A DNA stretch of 64,000 nt from a bacterium (GTDB lineage: Bacteria > Electryoneota > Electryoneia > Electryoneales > Electryoneaceae), in contig OY769902.1 in NCBI GenBank assembly GCA_963669175.1, forward strand, positions 4,032,001 to 4,096,000, written 5' to 3'. Shown here in pieces: positions 1 to 10,359 of this stretch (positions are counted from its first letter, which is position 1; the number at the start of each line of letters is the position of its first letter). The notes beneath the pieces were generated by a model that was not told where the DNA came from, ran no database searches, and saw only the letters and a list, made by a program, of their open reading frames with translations. A program made the translations under genes and the position numbers.

Positions 1-1227
1 AGTGATATCCCCGAAACAATTGTACTGGACACTAACAGGAACAGCGCCCACACGGCACTGAATTCCAGTGGCATTTACATTGTCACCAAGAAAAATGTTG
101 TTCCGGAATGTGGTTGTATCCGCATCCGACACTTCAACCCCATAACGCCGAAAACGGACAGTATTATTAAAAAAAGTCATATCTGTATTGGAACAGCATT
201 GGACGCCATCTTGTTGGCCATAAATTACATTCCCTGACATCTCAACATGACTGTATGATAAATCTACAGCGCAAGCTAGAGGCGACACAATGATATTGTT
301 CTGTAAAGTGCCTGATACTTCACATATTTCGATGGCTTCAAGTACATTATTAATGATTGTCACATTGCATTCAGTGGCATATAATCCCTGGTCTTGACCG
401 GCTCCCTGGATAGTATTGCCTGATATAACATATTCACCCCAATAGAAATCAACATTCAACATCGTGTTGTTGATTACATAAGCATTGCTTCTGTAAAGCT
501 CAACCAAACCAAGTGTATTGTTCTCTATATATGCTTCATAATAATCAGTATCAACATGCAGGTTAGCATTGGGCGTACTGTTGTCGATGATAAGAACCGG
601 GCCTTCGCTGTTAATTGTAATCGTATGTGATGTCGCTGGCGGCACTGCGTCGAACTCGTTGTGACTGAGGGTGTCCACTCCAAACCAGGTTCTGTACGCC
701 ATGGTAGTGGCACATTCAATACGACTATTAGTTATAGTGGTCTCACAATACCATAAATCAACAGGAAGCGATGCTTCTTCGACAACGCAATATTCGAGTT
801 TAAGGCGCCTGATTGACTCTGTATTTGGTGAAGAGAAACCAGCGAATGGGTAGTCCTCGGAAGCAAAGTAGATTGAATCTCCCTGTTCACCTTGTGCGAA
901 TAACGCACCTAACACAATTATTGCGTATTGGTTTGTACTGTCCTGATCCTGAAACTCAACTGTCACTCCCGGCTCGATTAGGAGCGTATCGCCTTCGGGG
1001 ACGATCAGGGTGTCGGTGACGAGATAGGGGGAGCCGTCCGTGTCCCACACACCGGAGACTTCGCCGGAGACAAACGTCTCCGCGAGCACGGGGGTGGTCA
1101 GCAACAGCAGGTACAAGATCAGGCAGGCTATGCGCGGGAAAAACGTCACTCTGATCTGGGGCAAAGTTACGGAATGCGCGTGTTCAGTCGGGAAACTCCG
1201 AGCATTCCCCGGTTTCATTTGTTTCAT
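1..1227 (-). CDS. Secreted right-handed beta-helix protein, 5' part (runs off left edge); paralog of the genes at 10360-13572 and 13584-17120
   Basis: Not in the ORF track because it is truncated. Hand translation of both ends: from ATG 1227 (GGAGAGG RBS) MKQMKPG...LLLLTTPVLA-ETFVSGEVSGVWDTDGSPYLVTDTLIVPEGDTLLIEPGV, and in the same frame at the edge ...VPVSVQYNCFGDIT. Both ends match the two paralogs. Confidence 0.88.
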   Translation of the reverse strand, partial: MKQMKPGNARSFPTEHAHSVTLPQIRVTFFPRIACLILYLLLLTTPVLAETFVSGEVSGVWDTDGSPYLVTDTLIVPEGDTLLIEPGVTVEFQDQDSTNQYAIIVLGALFAQGEQGDSIYFASEDYPFAGFSSPNTESIRRLKLEYCVVEEASLPVDLWYCETTITNSRIECATTMAYRTWFGVDTLSHNEFDAVPPATSHTITINSEGPVLIIDNSTPNANLHVDTDYYEAYIENNTLGLVELYRSNAYVINNTMLNVDFYWGEYVISGNTIQGAGQDQGLYATECNVTIINNVLEAIEICEVSGTLQNNIIVSPLACAVDLSYSHVEMSGNVIYGQQDGVQCCSNTDMTFFNNTVRFRRYGVEVSDADTTTFRNNIFLGDNVNATGIQCRVGAVPVSVQYNCFGDIT

Positions 1228-1400
1228 AACCTCTCCTGCTCATGACATACTGAAACGTAAGCACAGACCATTTCAGATGCAAACCACGAGCAAATTTCGA
1301 AAAAAAAGACTTACATCTTAGCAGAAAGGCACGCGACAACCTGAACAGTTATATATTGTCCCATCAGCAGTAAGTGGAACGCTATGATAGATTACCGAGA

Positions 1401-1524
1401 TGTCATTCCCACGCATGTGGGAATCTACTCCCTTCGAATTGCCGGAGGAGATCCCCGCCTTTGTTCACGGCTGTGCTTCGCACCCCGCAAGCTTCGCTTC
1501 GCTACGGTTCGCAGGGGATGACAG
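1401..1524. repeat. REP-like palindromic element (ATTCCC-N8-GGGAAT arm, GATCCCCGC...GGGGATGACA arm with nested insert)
   Basis: TGTCATTCCCACGCATGTGGGAATC at 1401-1425 and GATCCCCGCC...GCAGGGGATGACA downstream; the ends TGTCAT/ATGACA are inverted; intergenic. Confidence 0.6.
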
Positions 1525-1551
1525 CATGAGACATTTCTTTCAACTTTAATC

Positions 1552-4152
1552 TCAATCAGCCAGCGCTACAACCGACTTGACTTTGTGGGCGAGTTCGGAA
1601 ATGGAGAAGGGTTTCTGGATATAGGTGATATCTTCTTGCAGGACGCCACGTTTGGAGATAATATCGGCTGTATATCCGGACATGTAGATGACTCTCAGAC
1701 CGGGACGGGATTGTCTCAAGCGATCGGCGAAATCTTTCCCGTTCATGGTTGGCATCACGACATCAGTCAGCAGCACATCCACATCCGCCAGGCCGTTTTC
1801 AACCATCTCGATCGCTTCAAACGGGGTATGCGCAGTGTACACGGTATAGCCCAGTCCGCTCAGCGCACGTTCGCCGAGACGCAGAATCGCCTGCTCATCT
1901 TCTACGATCAGAATGCTTGCTGTCCCACGTTCCAGCGATGTTGATTTTCCTGTCAATTCCTCCGAGCCGGATTCTCTTTCGTAGCGCGGGAACATAATGG
2001 TGAACGTGGTCCCCTCGCCCGGTTCACTGTAGACATGGATGATACCGTTGTTCTGCTTCACGATACCGTAGATAGTCGCCAGCCCGAGGCCGGTCCCTTT
2101 CCCCTGCTCTTTGGTTGTATAGAAGGGCTCGAAGATGTGGTTCAGGGTCTCTTTATCCATCCCGCAACCGTTATCACTGAGGGAAAGCTTGACATAGTCC
2201 CCTTCAGCGGCGTCCATATGGCTGGATACATAGTCTTCATCCATGTGGACATTGGCCGTCTCGACAGAAATATACCCGATCCCGCCAATCGCATCCCGAG
2301 CATTGACCGCCAGGTTGACTACGATCTGGTTGACCTGTATGGGATCAAGCTTCACCTGCCAGAGTTCATGCCCCGGCAGCCAGGAAAGCTCGATTTCCTC
2401 GCCGATGAGACGCTGGATCATTTTCAGCATGCCACCGATTGTCTTGTTCAGGTCCAACGGAGAGGGCTGAACTGTCTGTTGACGTGCGAAGGCGAGAAGC
2501 TGTTGTGTCAGGGCCGTTGAACGATCCGCTGCGTTTGAGATCTCTTCGAGGAATTCAACCATGTCAGGACTCAGGTTGTCTTCCGACATGGCCAGTTCGC
2601 AATTGCCCTGTATGGTTTGCAGCATGTTGTTGAAATCATGCGCCACGCCACCGGCCAGTTGCCCGATGGATTCCAGCTTCTGCGATTGGCGCAGTTGTTC
2701 TTCCAGATGTTCCTGTTCGGTGACATCGCGCAGAACACCCAATATCGCCCGGCCGTCCTTGTAGTCAATCTCTGTTGTGGATGCCTGGACACGGAAGCTG
2801 TTTCCATTCACATGGACAATTGAGAACTTCCACACAGCCACCGGTTGATTGGCAGCATTCCGTGGCGCGAAGCGCTCTTTTACAATTTCACGATCTGACG
2901 ATAGGACACAATTGGTAAAATCGAAACCCGGATGCGTTATATCTTCTTCAGAGCGCCCTGTCAGTTGAGCGAACTTGGGATTGATCAGGTCAAAACGCCC
3001 CTCGTACAGGATAAAGAGGGCGTCATTGGATTGGTCAATCACGCTACGGAATCTCGATTCGCTTTCCCGCAGCACCTGTTCTGCCCGTTTGAGTTCTGTG
3101 ATATCAATCGCCAGCTCGAACAGCACATCACGTCCATCCGGCCAGCGAATCATCTGGTCCGTAATCGCGAAATGACGTTCCAGGGTGGGATTGTACTGCT
3201 CCCATTCGATTGCTTTTCCACTTTCGGGTAGCTCTTTCCATTTACAGAACGGGCACTCACTGTCTCTTCCATACAAGGCGCGATAACAGGCCTGTCCTAC
3301 GGGATCGCCGCCAAGCAGTTTTGCCATGGATTCATTGGTAAAAAGAACCTCATGGTTTTCAGTGTCAGCAACATACAGGTTCTCCGGCACCGCATTGAGA
3401 ATGGCCAGAAACTGCGCATGTTGTTCCTGTACCTGTAGCCGGGTCTGCTCGAGATTCTCCTGGTGGCTTTGAATACGTTCAAGCAGCGTGTTGAACTCTT
3501 CATACAAACGTCCGATTTCATTGTCCGAGGGCTTTTCAATCCGGGCTGTGTAATCATGAGATGCAGATATTTTCCCCATATGCCCAATCAGGCGGTCTAT
3601 AGGCTGCGTAATGACTTTCTGCCAGCGTGACGCGAAGAGGAAAGCGAGAACAACCAGCACGACCAGCAGAAGTAAAAGGATTCCGGTCAAAAACAGGAGG
3701 CGGGTGTACAGGCTGGTTGTTGAGGAAACCAGGTACAAATGCCCGTATAACATACCACGGTATTCGATAGGAACCCTGGTGATCAAGTATCCTTTATCGA
3801 AGGTGGTTTCGCCGGAATCCTGCCGGTTCAGTTGATACAGGGAAGTATCTCCATATACGGCGAACATCTCGCCATCACTGTCATAGACGTATGCGTTAAG
3901 AATCTCTGGAATGGTAACAGCTTTATGCAGAATTTCGTTTGCCGCAGTTGAATCGTAAAACACGAGAGGGGAAACCAGATATTCCGCCATCAACATACCA
4001 TGCAGACGATTCTCATGAATGATAATATTCCTGGTATTGTTATAATCCTCAATTACCACCCCGGTGAATCCGATTAGAAGCAACAGCGCTGTGGTGGAAA
4101 CTACGATCAGCACAATGGACACGCGAATGGATGTATCTTTCAGAGGTTTCAT
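1552..4152 (-). CDS. Hybrid sensor histidine kinase (TM-periplasmic sensor-TM, HAMP, 2x PAS, HisKA, HATPase, receiver)
   Basis: H-box GGVAHDFNN, N-box NLAVNARDA, G-boxes DNGCGM and GKGTGLGL, receiver LLTDVVMP...YIQKPF; two N-terminal TM segments. Confidence 0.95.
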   Translation of the reverse strand: MKPLKDTSIRVSIVLIVVSTTALLLLIGFTGVVIEDYNNTRNIIIHENRLHGMLMAEYLVSPLVFYDSTAANEILHKAVTIPEILNAYVYDSDGEMFAVYGDTSLYQLNRQDSGETTFDKGYLITRVPIEYRGMLYGHLYLVSSTTSLYTRLLFLTGILLLLLVVLVVLAFLFASRWQKVITQPIDRLIGHMGKISASHDYTARIEKPSDNEIGRLYEEFNTLLERIQSHQENLEQTRLQVQEQHAQFLAILNAVPENLYVADTENHEVLFTNESMAKLLGGDPVGQACYRALYGRDSECPFCKWKELPESGKAIEWEQYNPTLERHFAITDQMIRWPDGRDVLFELAIDITELKRAEQVLRESESRFRSVIDQSNDALFILYEGRFDLINPKFAQLTGRSEEDITHPGFDFTNCVLSSDREIVKERFAPRNAANQPVAVWKFSIVHVNGNSFRVQASTTEIDYKDGRAILGVLRDVTEQEHLEEQLRQSQKLESIGQLAGGVAHDFNNMLQTIQGNCELAMSEDNLSPDMVEFLEEISNAADRSTALTQQLLAFARQQTVQPSPLDLNKTIGGMLKMIQRLIGEEIELSWLPGHELWQVKLDPIQVNQIVVNLAVNARDAIGGIGYISVETANVHMDEDYVSSHMDAAEGDYVKLSLSDNGCGMDKETLNHIFEPFYTTKEQGKGTGLGLATIYGIVKQNNGIIHVYSEPGEGTTFTIMFPRYERESGSEELTGKSTSLERGTASILIVEDEQAILRLGERALSGLGYTVYTAHTPFEAIEMVENGLADVDVLLTDVVMPTMNGKDFADRLRQSRPGLRVIYMSGYTADIISKRGVLQEDITYIQKPFSISELAHKVKSVVALAD

Positions 4153-4161
4153 AGTCTGCTC

Positions 4162-4710
4162 CTATTGTATCACGTTATCAGCTAACTGGAGCAGTCTGAA
4201 GTCTACATTGAGATGGGCTTCTGCGATTGCCTTGCGGTTGATATCAAAGCGAACTCTCTGATCCACAAGTTTCAGCCCGATGTGAACTCCTTCTGTTACC
4301 CTGCGAGCGCTATTATCCACAACCAGCACCGGTTGGTTGGCAATCTCATGCAGGAACTCTTTGACCTCCGTATCGGAATCCTTATTCACAAAAACAACAT
4401 CACAGTTGTGAGCATCAGCAACAGTAGTAAGATTGATGACTTTCACTTCACGGTTTTTAATCCTCTCTCGCCCAACAACTTCTTCAAGGATGTTGCCAAA
4501 AGGGTTTTCACCCAAAATACCGATGACAAAATCATCTGTTGCTGTAATGGAATCTGAGGTGGCAGGCCAGTCTATGAAGGTGCAGAAGCGAGTCAGAAAG
4601 AGGGCTTTGATCACATACTCATTGTTCGATGTTTGCGGCGCAGCCTGCGAGACCAGCACACAGAAAAATGAAGCATGTATTAGCCATTTGGTAATCGCGT
4701 TTTTCGACAT
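4162..4710 (-). CDS. YfiR/DUF4154-family periplasmic protein
   Basis: Signal peptide, then EYVIKALFLTRFCTFIDWP, IGILGENPFG and FDINRKAIAEAHLNVDFRLLQLA, which are YfiR-family motifs; directly upstream of the kinase. Start taken at ATG 4710. Confidence 0.88.
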   Translation of the reverse strand: MSKNAITKWLIHASFFCVLVSQAAPQTSNNEYVIKALFLTRFCTFIDWPATSDSITATDDFVIGILGENPFGNILEEVVGRERIKNREVKVINLTTVADAHNCDVVFVNKDSDTEVKEFLHEIANQPVLVVDNSARRVTEGVHIGLKLVDQRVRFDINRKAIAEAHLNVDFRLLQLADNVIQ

Positions 4711-4818
4711 ACGTGATCCTGTTTGGTAGGGCAAACAAGAGAACCTCAGCTATTATAAACATATTCTTTTTCTAAAGCCATATCAATTCTGCAATTCCCG
4801 CGAGAACAGAACTTTTCC

Positions 4819-4847
4819 TTGCACCGTGAGCACGACAGTCCTACATT
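4819..4847 (+). promoter_or_regulatory. Putative sigma70 promoter of the TonB-dependent receptor
   Basis: TTGCAC-17 nt-TACATT about 30 nt upstream of ATG 4876. Confidence 0.4.
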
Positions 4848-4875
4848 ATTTTCAGGTATTAGGGGAGGTGCGGCT

Positions 4876-7200
4876 ATGGTATCAGGCTCAGGATTGTTAC
4901 GGTTCTGCGGAATTCTCGTTCTATTCCTTCATTTTTGTTCATTCACTCCACTGCTTGCTACTGATGTTCCGTCTGAATTGCTGGATTTATCGCTCGAAGA
5001 ATTAATGCAGGTGGAAGTATATTCCGGTTCCATCACGGGCACTGAGCGAAAGAATATCCCGGTTGCAACCACAGTTATCACACGTAATATGATACGCACC
5101 ACCCCGGCACGGAACCTGCTTGACCTGATAGAAATCTATGTTCCCGGCGCGACCTACGTGAACCATTTCATGGGGCCACGCATCGGGTTCCGTGGTGTGC
5201 TGGGCGACCAGAACTACTCTTTCCTGCTCCTGGTGAATGGCCGCGACATGAATCTGCGCATGTTGCAAGGTCCTCAATACGAGTTGGAAAACAAAGAGCT
5301 GAATGATATTAAGCGGATCGAAATCATCCGTGGTCCCGGATCGGTCACCTACGGTCCCGGCGCTATCGGTGGCGTTATCAACATCATTACCACCTCCACT
5401 GAAGATGCCCCTGAAGGAGTTTTGGTCAATGCCGAGAGTAACCTGGGCTATCGTTACAACAACGGTTTTGTCCAATACGCACACAAGACCGATAACCTGA
5501 AAATCATGGCTAACGCCAGTTTCAGTCGTTCTACGGGGCTGAAGGATTCCAAGTTTTATTATGTCTGCTGGGCGGATGTCTGCGGTTACGGTTTTATGGA
5601 CGCAGACTGGGGCAGTCAAGGCTACGGCTCCCCCGCCCCGAACATGATGGCTGATTTCGATGACCGGCCCGAGTACAAGTTCGACTTTGATATGCTGTAC
5701 AAGGACCGGCTACGTCTTTGGATGCGGTACACCTCCTTCGAACACATCAAGCTGATACAGGAACAGAGCTCTCTCGAAGGACCGGCCTTTTCCGGTATTG
5801 AAGGCGCCTCGTTTATCGCGATGAGTGAATACGGCATTGACCTGAGCGAAAAGGTTCATCTGGATGCATCGGCAGGGTTCGACAGCAAACGATACCGTGA
5901 CCACGCCCTGATGTACGGCTCACAACAACCGTTCGACGATGTCCTGCAACGCTCTGCTTCATTCTCCGAAAACATAATCAGCGGTCGTCTCGTGGGAAAT
6001 TATTCCCCGTCAGATCACCTTGAGCTGGCCCTCGGCAGTGAAGCCGAATACCAGTGGTACGGCCCGGAATGGGGTGAAGACAAGAATACATTCCTCTACA
6101 GGTTTCAGGTTCCTTTGATGTACGTCGTTCTGGACCCGAGTTCGGAATTCCACCAACATGTCATCAACAATAATGTTACGACAGTACTGGAGGATGCTCC
6201 TGACGGACACATGGTGTCCTTTTTCGGCGAAGCGAACTGGAATATTCATGACCGTACCGTGCTGCTCTTATCTGCTCGTGCGGACAAGCATGTATATGCC
6301 GACTGGGCGCTGTCACCACGTATTGCGGTTATGACTTCCCTGAATGACGCCAACCATCTGCGCGCGGTGCTGCAACAATCGGTACGGCTCCCGCTATTCT
6401 CCGACCTTTTTTCGCAGGATTATATCAGCAATGGCATTAGCGAAACTGAACGAGTGACCGGCGTTGAGCTGGCCTACACGAGATTCCAGACGGCCAATCT
6501 CCAGTTTACCGCCACGGGATACTACAATATCGTGGATCAGGTCGCGTGGCTGAGTGAAGAAGAACAGGCGGGGCGAGTCGGTACGTTTGAGTCGGTCGGT
6601 TTTGAACTGGAAGGCGCCTGGTCCGTGAATGGACGCACGATTGGCGGGAACTATTCTTTCATCGATCAGCTTTCCTGGGATGCGGCCGCGCCAACAGACG
6701 CCTATCTGACGAACATGGGCCCGGACTCGATTCAGGTTTCACTGGGTGACGCCTACGCCACCAACCGGATGAACAACCTGCCTCGCCATGCGATAAAACT
6801 CTTCTATGATCAGGATTTCGGAAGCCGTTTCCATGTACATGTGGATGGACGAGCCTACTGGAAATACGGCCAGATCGATATGCTGGAAATGTTTAAGCTG
6901 GCCCACGCCAAGTATGGCACGGACCACACACAGGAAGTCATGAACACGATCTATGATGAGATGCTGGACCACGGCTATACCCGCCCCTCCTTCACATCAA
7001 ACATCCAGGTCGGCTACACGTTACCCTGCGAAAAGGTTGACGCTACCCTGTCCCTCTACGCCATGAACCTGCTGTCCGTAAACCACGTCCGCTACGTCAT
7101 CCAGTACTGGGCCGCCGGGAACCAGCGCATGTTCCCACGTCAGTGCGGATTCGTCGAGGAACCGGCTGTGTTCGGGGCGACGCTACAGATACGCCTGTAA
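4876..7200 (+). CDS. TonB-dependent outer-membrane receptor
   Basis: GGAGG RBS, signal peptide, LLDLSLEELMQVEV segment, plug motif IKRIEIIRGPGSVTYGPGAIGGVINIIT, alternating beta-strand pattern to the C-terminus. Confidence 0.92.
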   Translation: MVSGSGLLRFCGILVLFLHFCSFTPLLATDVPSELLDLSLEELMQVEVYSGSITGTERKNIPVATTVITRNMIRTTPARNLLDLIEIYVPGATYVNHFMGPRIGFRGVLGDQNYSFLLLVNGRDMNLRMLQGPQYELENKELNDIKRIEIIRGPGSVTYGPGAIGGVINIITTSTEDAPEGVLVNAESNLGYRYNNGFVQYAHKTDNLKIMANASFSRSTGLKDSKFYYVCWADVCGYGFMDADWGSQGYGSPAPNMMADFDDRPEYKFDFDMLYKDRLRLWMRYTSFEHIKLIQEQSSLEGPAFSGIEGASFIAMSEYGIDLSEKVHLDASAGFDSKRYRDHALMYGSQQPFDDVLQRSASFSENIISGRLVGNYSPSDHLELALGSEAEYQWYGPEWGEDKNTFLYRFQVPLMYVVLDPSSEFHQHVINNNVTTVLEDAPDGHMVSFFGEANWNIHDRTVLLLSARADKHVYADWALSPRIAVMTSLNDANHLRAVLQQSVRLPLFSDLFSQDYISNGISETERVTGVELAYTRFQTANLQFTATGYYNIVDQVAWLSEEEQAGRVGTFESVGFELEGAWSVNGRTIGGNYSFIDQLSWDAAAPTDAYLTNMGPDSIQVSLGDAYATNRMNNLPRHAIKLFYDQDFGSRFHVHVDGRAYWKYGQIDMLEMFKLAHAKYGTDHTQEVMNTIYDEMLDHGYTRPSFTSNIQVGYTLPCEKVDATLSLYAMNLLSVNHVRYVIQYWAAGNQRMFPRQCGFVEEPAVFGATLQIRL

Positions 7201-7234
7201 AAAAGACCGCCATATATAAACCTTGGCGGTCTTT
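7199..7234. terminator. Bidirectional intrinsic terminator
   Basis: AAAGACCGCCA...TGGCGGTCTTT hairpin between convergent genes. Confidence 0.65.
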
Positions 7235-7259
7235 CGGTAAAACATATAGCATCAAGAAA

Positions 7260-10256
7260 TCACTTCATCAGAACCAACCGTTGTGTCTGAACTGCTTCCG
7301 GGGATTCGAGACGAACAAAGTATACGCCGGAAGCGTGTGCGTTCCCATTCCAGACAATGCTGTGACGTCCTGCATCAAGCTGACGATCCACCAGCGTCTC
7401 CACACGCTGGCCCAGCATGTTGAACACCGCAAGTTTTACGTTCGCGGAATGCGGCAATGTGAACGGAATCGTCACGCTTGGGTTGAACGGATTCGGATAC
7501 GCCGCTTCGAGGATAAATTCCTTCGGCAGGCCGGTATCAATGCGCAAGCTTGGATTATCAACGGATTGATGCAGCAGTTCACGCTTTGCTTCGTAGTCTG
7601 CAAAATTCTCCGGAACAACCCAAGAATTTTCCCCAAGTTGCGTCAATCCCAAAGGACGCAAGTCACGGTTAACATGTGTTCCCAGGGATAATGTTTCACG
7701 ACCGCCATAGTTGGCCAAAGCCATCTGGTAGTACGTCTCGAGCTGAGCCAGCATTCCCATCGTCTCATCAAGATCAGTCTCTGCATCCTCAATGAAATCA
7801 TCAAGCATGTCGATGGAAGCTTCAAAATCCTCGACACGATTCTGGAGCAGGATACGATTCCAGAACAATGTGCTTTCCATCCCTTCAACTTCACCCAAAT
7901 CATCCAAATCATCCAGGAGGTCTTCAGGATCAGTACCAAGCATACGGTGACAGAAAATCCAGCGTTTTAACGCAGCAGCCTCACCATCTTCGTTGAAAGC
8001 GCGCCAGTACAGCCCTGCTGCATCTTCCCATTCCTCATCTTCAACACACAGATCGGCATAATCAAAGTTGGTGAGGGTGTAAAGATCACGGTTAGCGGTG
8101 GGACTCCAATCTGCATTATCAATGATGTATCCATAGGGATAGAAATAATCATTGTAATCTGCACTGGCGCCACCCCAGAAATTCCCTTTACCGGACAATG
8201 TTCCTGCATTGTTGGTATAGAGCAAATAGTAATTGTATCCCGTTACCCGATTATCAACGAAGTCATTGTAACGCTTGAAAATGGCTGGCGTACTGAAGTA
8301 GAGGTATATTTCCGATGCACTGGCAACAGATGTTCCGGCATCACCATTTTCAAAAAGCCTGTTCCCGTAAGTTTCATAAGCCCCATTCCCCAGGACAATG
8401 TTACTGTCAAAGGAGCAACGAATACCATTATAGCCGTTGTCAGCGAAATAGGACCTTGTTACAACAGGGGCGGCGTTACAAAGATCAAGCCCATAATAGT
8501 CGTTGGATACAAATCCACAACTGTCAATAGATGCATCAGCAGAACACATTGTCAAGCCCAGGCCACTGTTTTCCACGCTGCAAAGATACATATTGACTTC
8601 ACCGTTTGTAACTTTCAACCCTCCACTGCCGCAATTGGTAAATTCAACCATGGTCAGGTCGCAGGCGCCTGACGAGCCGGAATACAGGCCATAACTATGC
8701 ATATGATCCATTGTCACATCTTCTATTTCAACTTCTGCGGTATTATAGAGTGTTACGCCATATTGCCCATAGGAAAATTCAACATGCTCAAACTCGCCAG
8801 TACCGGAACCGTTGAATTCAAAGCCACCATAATATTCATCTTCTTCCAAAGCAGTAATGAATAAATCACTACCAGTTGTAGCAATAGCACGAACAAGCAG
8901 ATCACCCTGCACTTCCCAGACAACATCCTCGAGAAAAACGACAGTGATGTCACCGGCCGTTGCCAAAATCGTCGCATCGTTGCCTGCAGATACGAGAACA
9001 TCATCTACGACATGGAAATCTGCTGCGTATGAATTATTGAACGTCTGGCCATCTGTCAACGTACCCTTGATACACAACCAGAAATCATCTGCAGCAACCG
9101 CAGAACCGCCAAAAGCGCCGATGTCTGTCGTAGTGCCATTGACATCGTTGCCAACAATGGCATTCGTTCCGACGTCCTTGCAGGGTGAATTGAAAAGCAG
9201 ATGGTAATCATAAACATCTTCAGGATCATCCACACTTGCATTCGCCAATCCCAGAAGCGGATTCTGCGTAACTGGTGATACGGTATTTACAGTGCCTACA
9301 TAGGGAATCCCGGCGCCACTGAAAACACAACAGTTGTTTGCCGTAACTGCTACCTGCGTATAAATACCATTAATGCCATAATTATAAAAGATATTGTTGT
9401 GTATTGTTGGCGCCTGGGAAACAATTTTTAACGCAATTTCATCAACATCTGCAACAGTATTGTTCAGACATGGTCCATCAAATCCATATGAATATATACC
9501 GCCATCACAGTTGGCAATCAGGTTATTCTCAACATAGATATCCGCATTATTCGCACCCGACACAGATTCTACGACAATACCGTAACCACCGAACTCGTTT
9601 GCACCGGGATCGGTGATTCCCAGGATAGTATTTCCGATAATTTCATTCGATAGTATATCATCAGGGGTCATCACATGAATCCCCTGTGAACATCTGTAGA
9701 TTTCGTTATCCCTGGCAATGACTCTGACAGTAAAAAACCCATCATGCCCTGTTCCCAATGCAGCGCCATCAATGTCATGAAAATCACAGTTGTTTACGTA
9801 GAGGTTGGCATTATCGTGACCAACCAGGGCGCCAGCCACATTATCGTTGACAATGCCATCACCACCATATTCAAACACACAGTAATCAAAATCTCCTGTA
9901 GCTCGACTTAAAGGCGTTCCATCTAAAATGATGGATCCCCAGAAGCCTGCTGTTTCAGTCGAGCCGGTGAAGATGACTCTATTGCCTTCTTCGCCCGCTG
10001 CGTTCAGAGTTGCTCCACCGTTAACAGTCAACGAGTAACCGCCTGTGAATACGACTTCGACACCCTCATCAATAGTCAGCGTTCCTCCTATGATGTTTAC
10101 ATCACCATTGATATTGTAAGGATTTCCGCCATCGGTCCAGCCATCAGGCCAAGCCGTACTTGCATTATAGTTACCTCCTGGAATGTTTGTCGCCATGGAC
10201 AATGAAGTGACAAAGAAGAGAGTAACAACCAGAAGAAATACCTTTCGCGCATCCAT
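7260..10256 (-). CDS. Secreted parallel beta-helix repeat protein with acidic helical region and T9SS-type C-terminal tail
   Basis: GGAGGT RBS, signal peptide, repeated N-x-I/F beta-helix rungs, DYHLLFNSPCKDVG...DIGAFGG motif, tail AYPNPFNPS...SGVYFVRL...QRLVLMK. Confidence 0.88.
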   Translation of the reverse strand: MDARKVFLLVVTLFFVTSLSMATNIPGGNYNASTAWPDGWTDGGNPYNINGDVNIIGGTLTIDEGVEVVFTGGYSLTVNGGATLNAAGEEGNRVIFTGSTETAGFWGSIILDGTPLSRATGDFDYCVFEYGGDGIVNDNVAGALVGHDNANLYVNNCDFHDIDGAALGTGHDGFFTVRVIARDNEIYRCSQGIHVMTPDDILSNEIIGNTILGITDPGANEFGGYGIVVESVSGANNADIYVENNLIANCDGGIYSYGFDGPCLNNTVADVDEIALKIVSQAPTIHNNIFYNYGINGIYTQVAVTANNCCVFSGAGIPYVGTVNTVSPVTQNPLLGLANASVDDPEDVYDYHLLFNSPCKDVGTNAIVGNDVNGTTTDIGAFGGSAVAADDFWLCIKGTLTDGQTFNNSYAADFHVVDDVLVSAGNDATILATAGDITVVFLEDVVWEVQGDLLVRAIATTGSDLFITALEEDEYYGGFEFNGSGTGEFEHVEFSYGQYGVTLYNTAEVEIEDVTMDHMHSYGLYSGSSGACDLTMVEFTNCGSGGLKVTNGEVNMYLCSVENSGLGLTMCSADASIDSCGFVSNDYYGLDLCNAAPVVTRSYFADNGYNGIRCSFDSNIVLGNGAYETYGNRLFENGDAGTSVASASEIYLYFSTPAIFKRYNDFVDNRVTGYNYYLLYTNNAGTLSGKGNFWGGASADYNDYFYPYGYIIDNADWSPTANRDLYTLTNFDYADLCVEDEEWEDAAGLYWRAFNEDGEAAALKRWIFCHRMLGTDPEDLLDDLDDLGEVEGMESTLFWNRILLQNRVEDFEASIDMLDDFIEDAETDLDETMGMLAQLETYYQMALANYGGRETLSLGTHVNRDLRPLGLTQLGENSWVVPENFADYEAKRELLHQSVDNPSLRIDTGLPKEFILEAAYPNPFNPSVTIPFTLPHSANVKLAVFNMLGQRVETLVDRQLDAGRHSIVWNGNAHASGVYFVRLESPEAVQTQRLVLMK

Positions 10257-10310
10257 CTCTACCTCCTACTTTCAAATGTTGACCGAGGTGTACGTCTCGG
10301 TTGATGTTTG

Positions 10311-10350
10311 ACCGTGCGGGGTGAGCCTTCAACTCAGAACCCCGCACGGT
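10311..10350. terminator. GC-rich intergenic hairpin (terminator or mRNA stabiliser)
   Basis: ACCGTGCGGGG...CCCCGCACGGT, an 11 bp perfect stem just after the stop at 10360; no clear U-tract. Confidence 0.45.
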
Positions 10351-10359
10351 ATTATCTCC

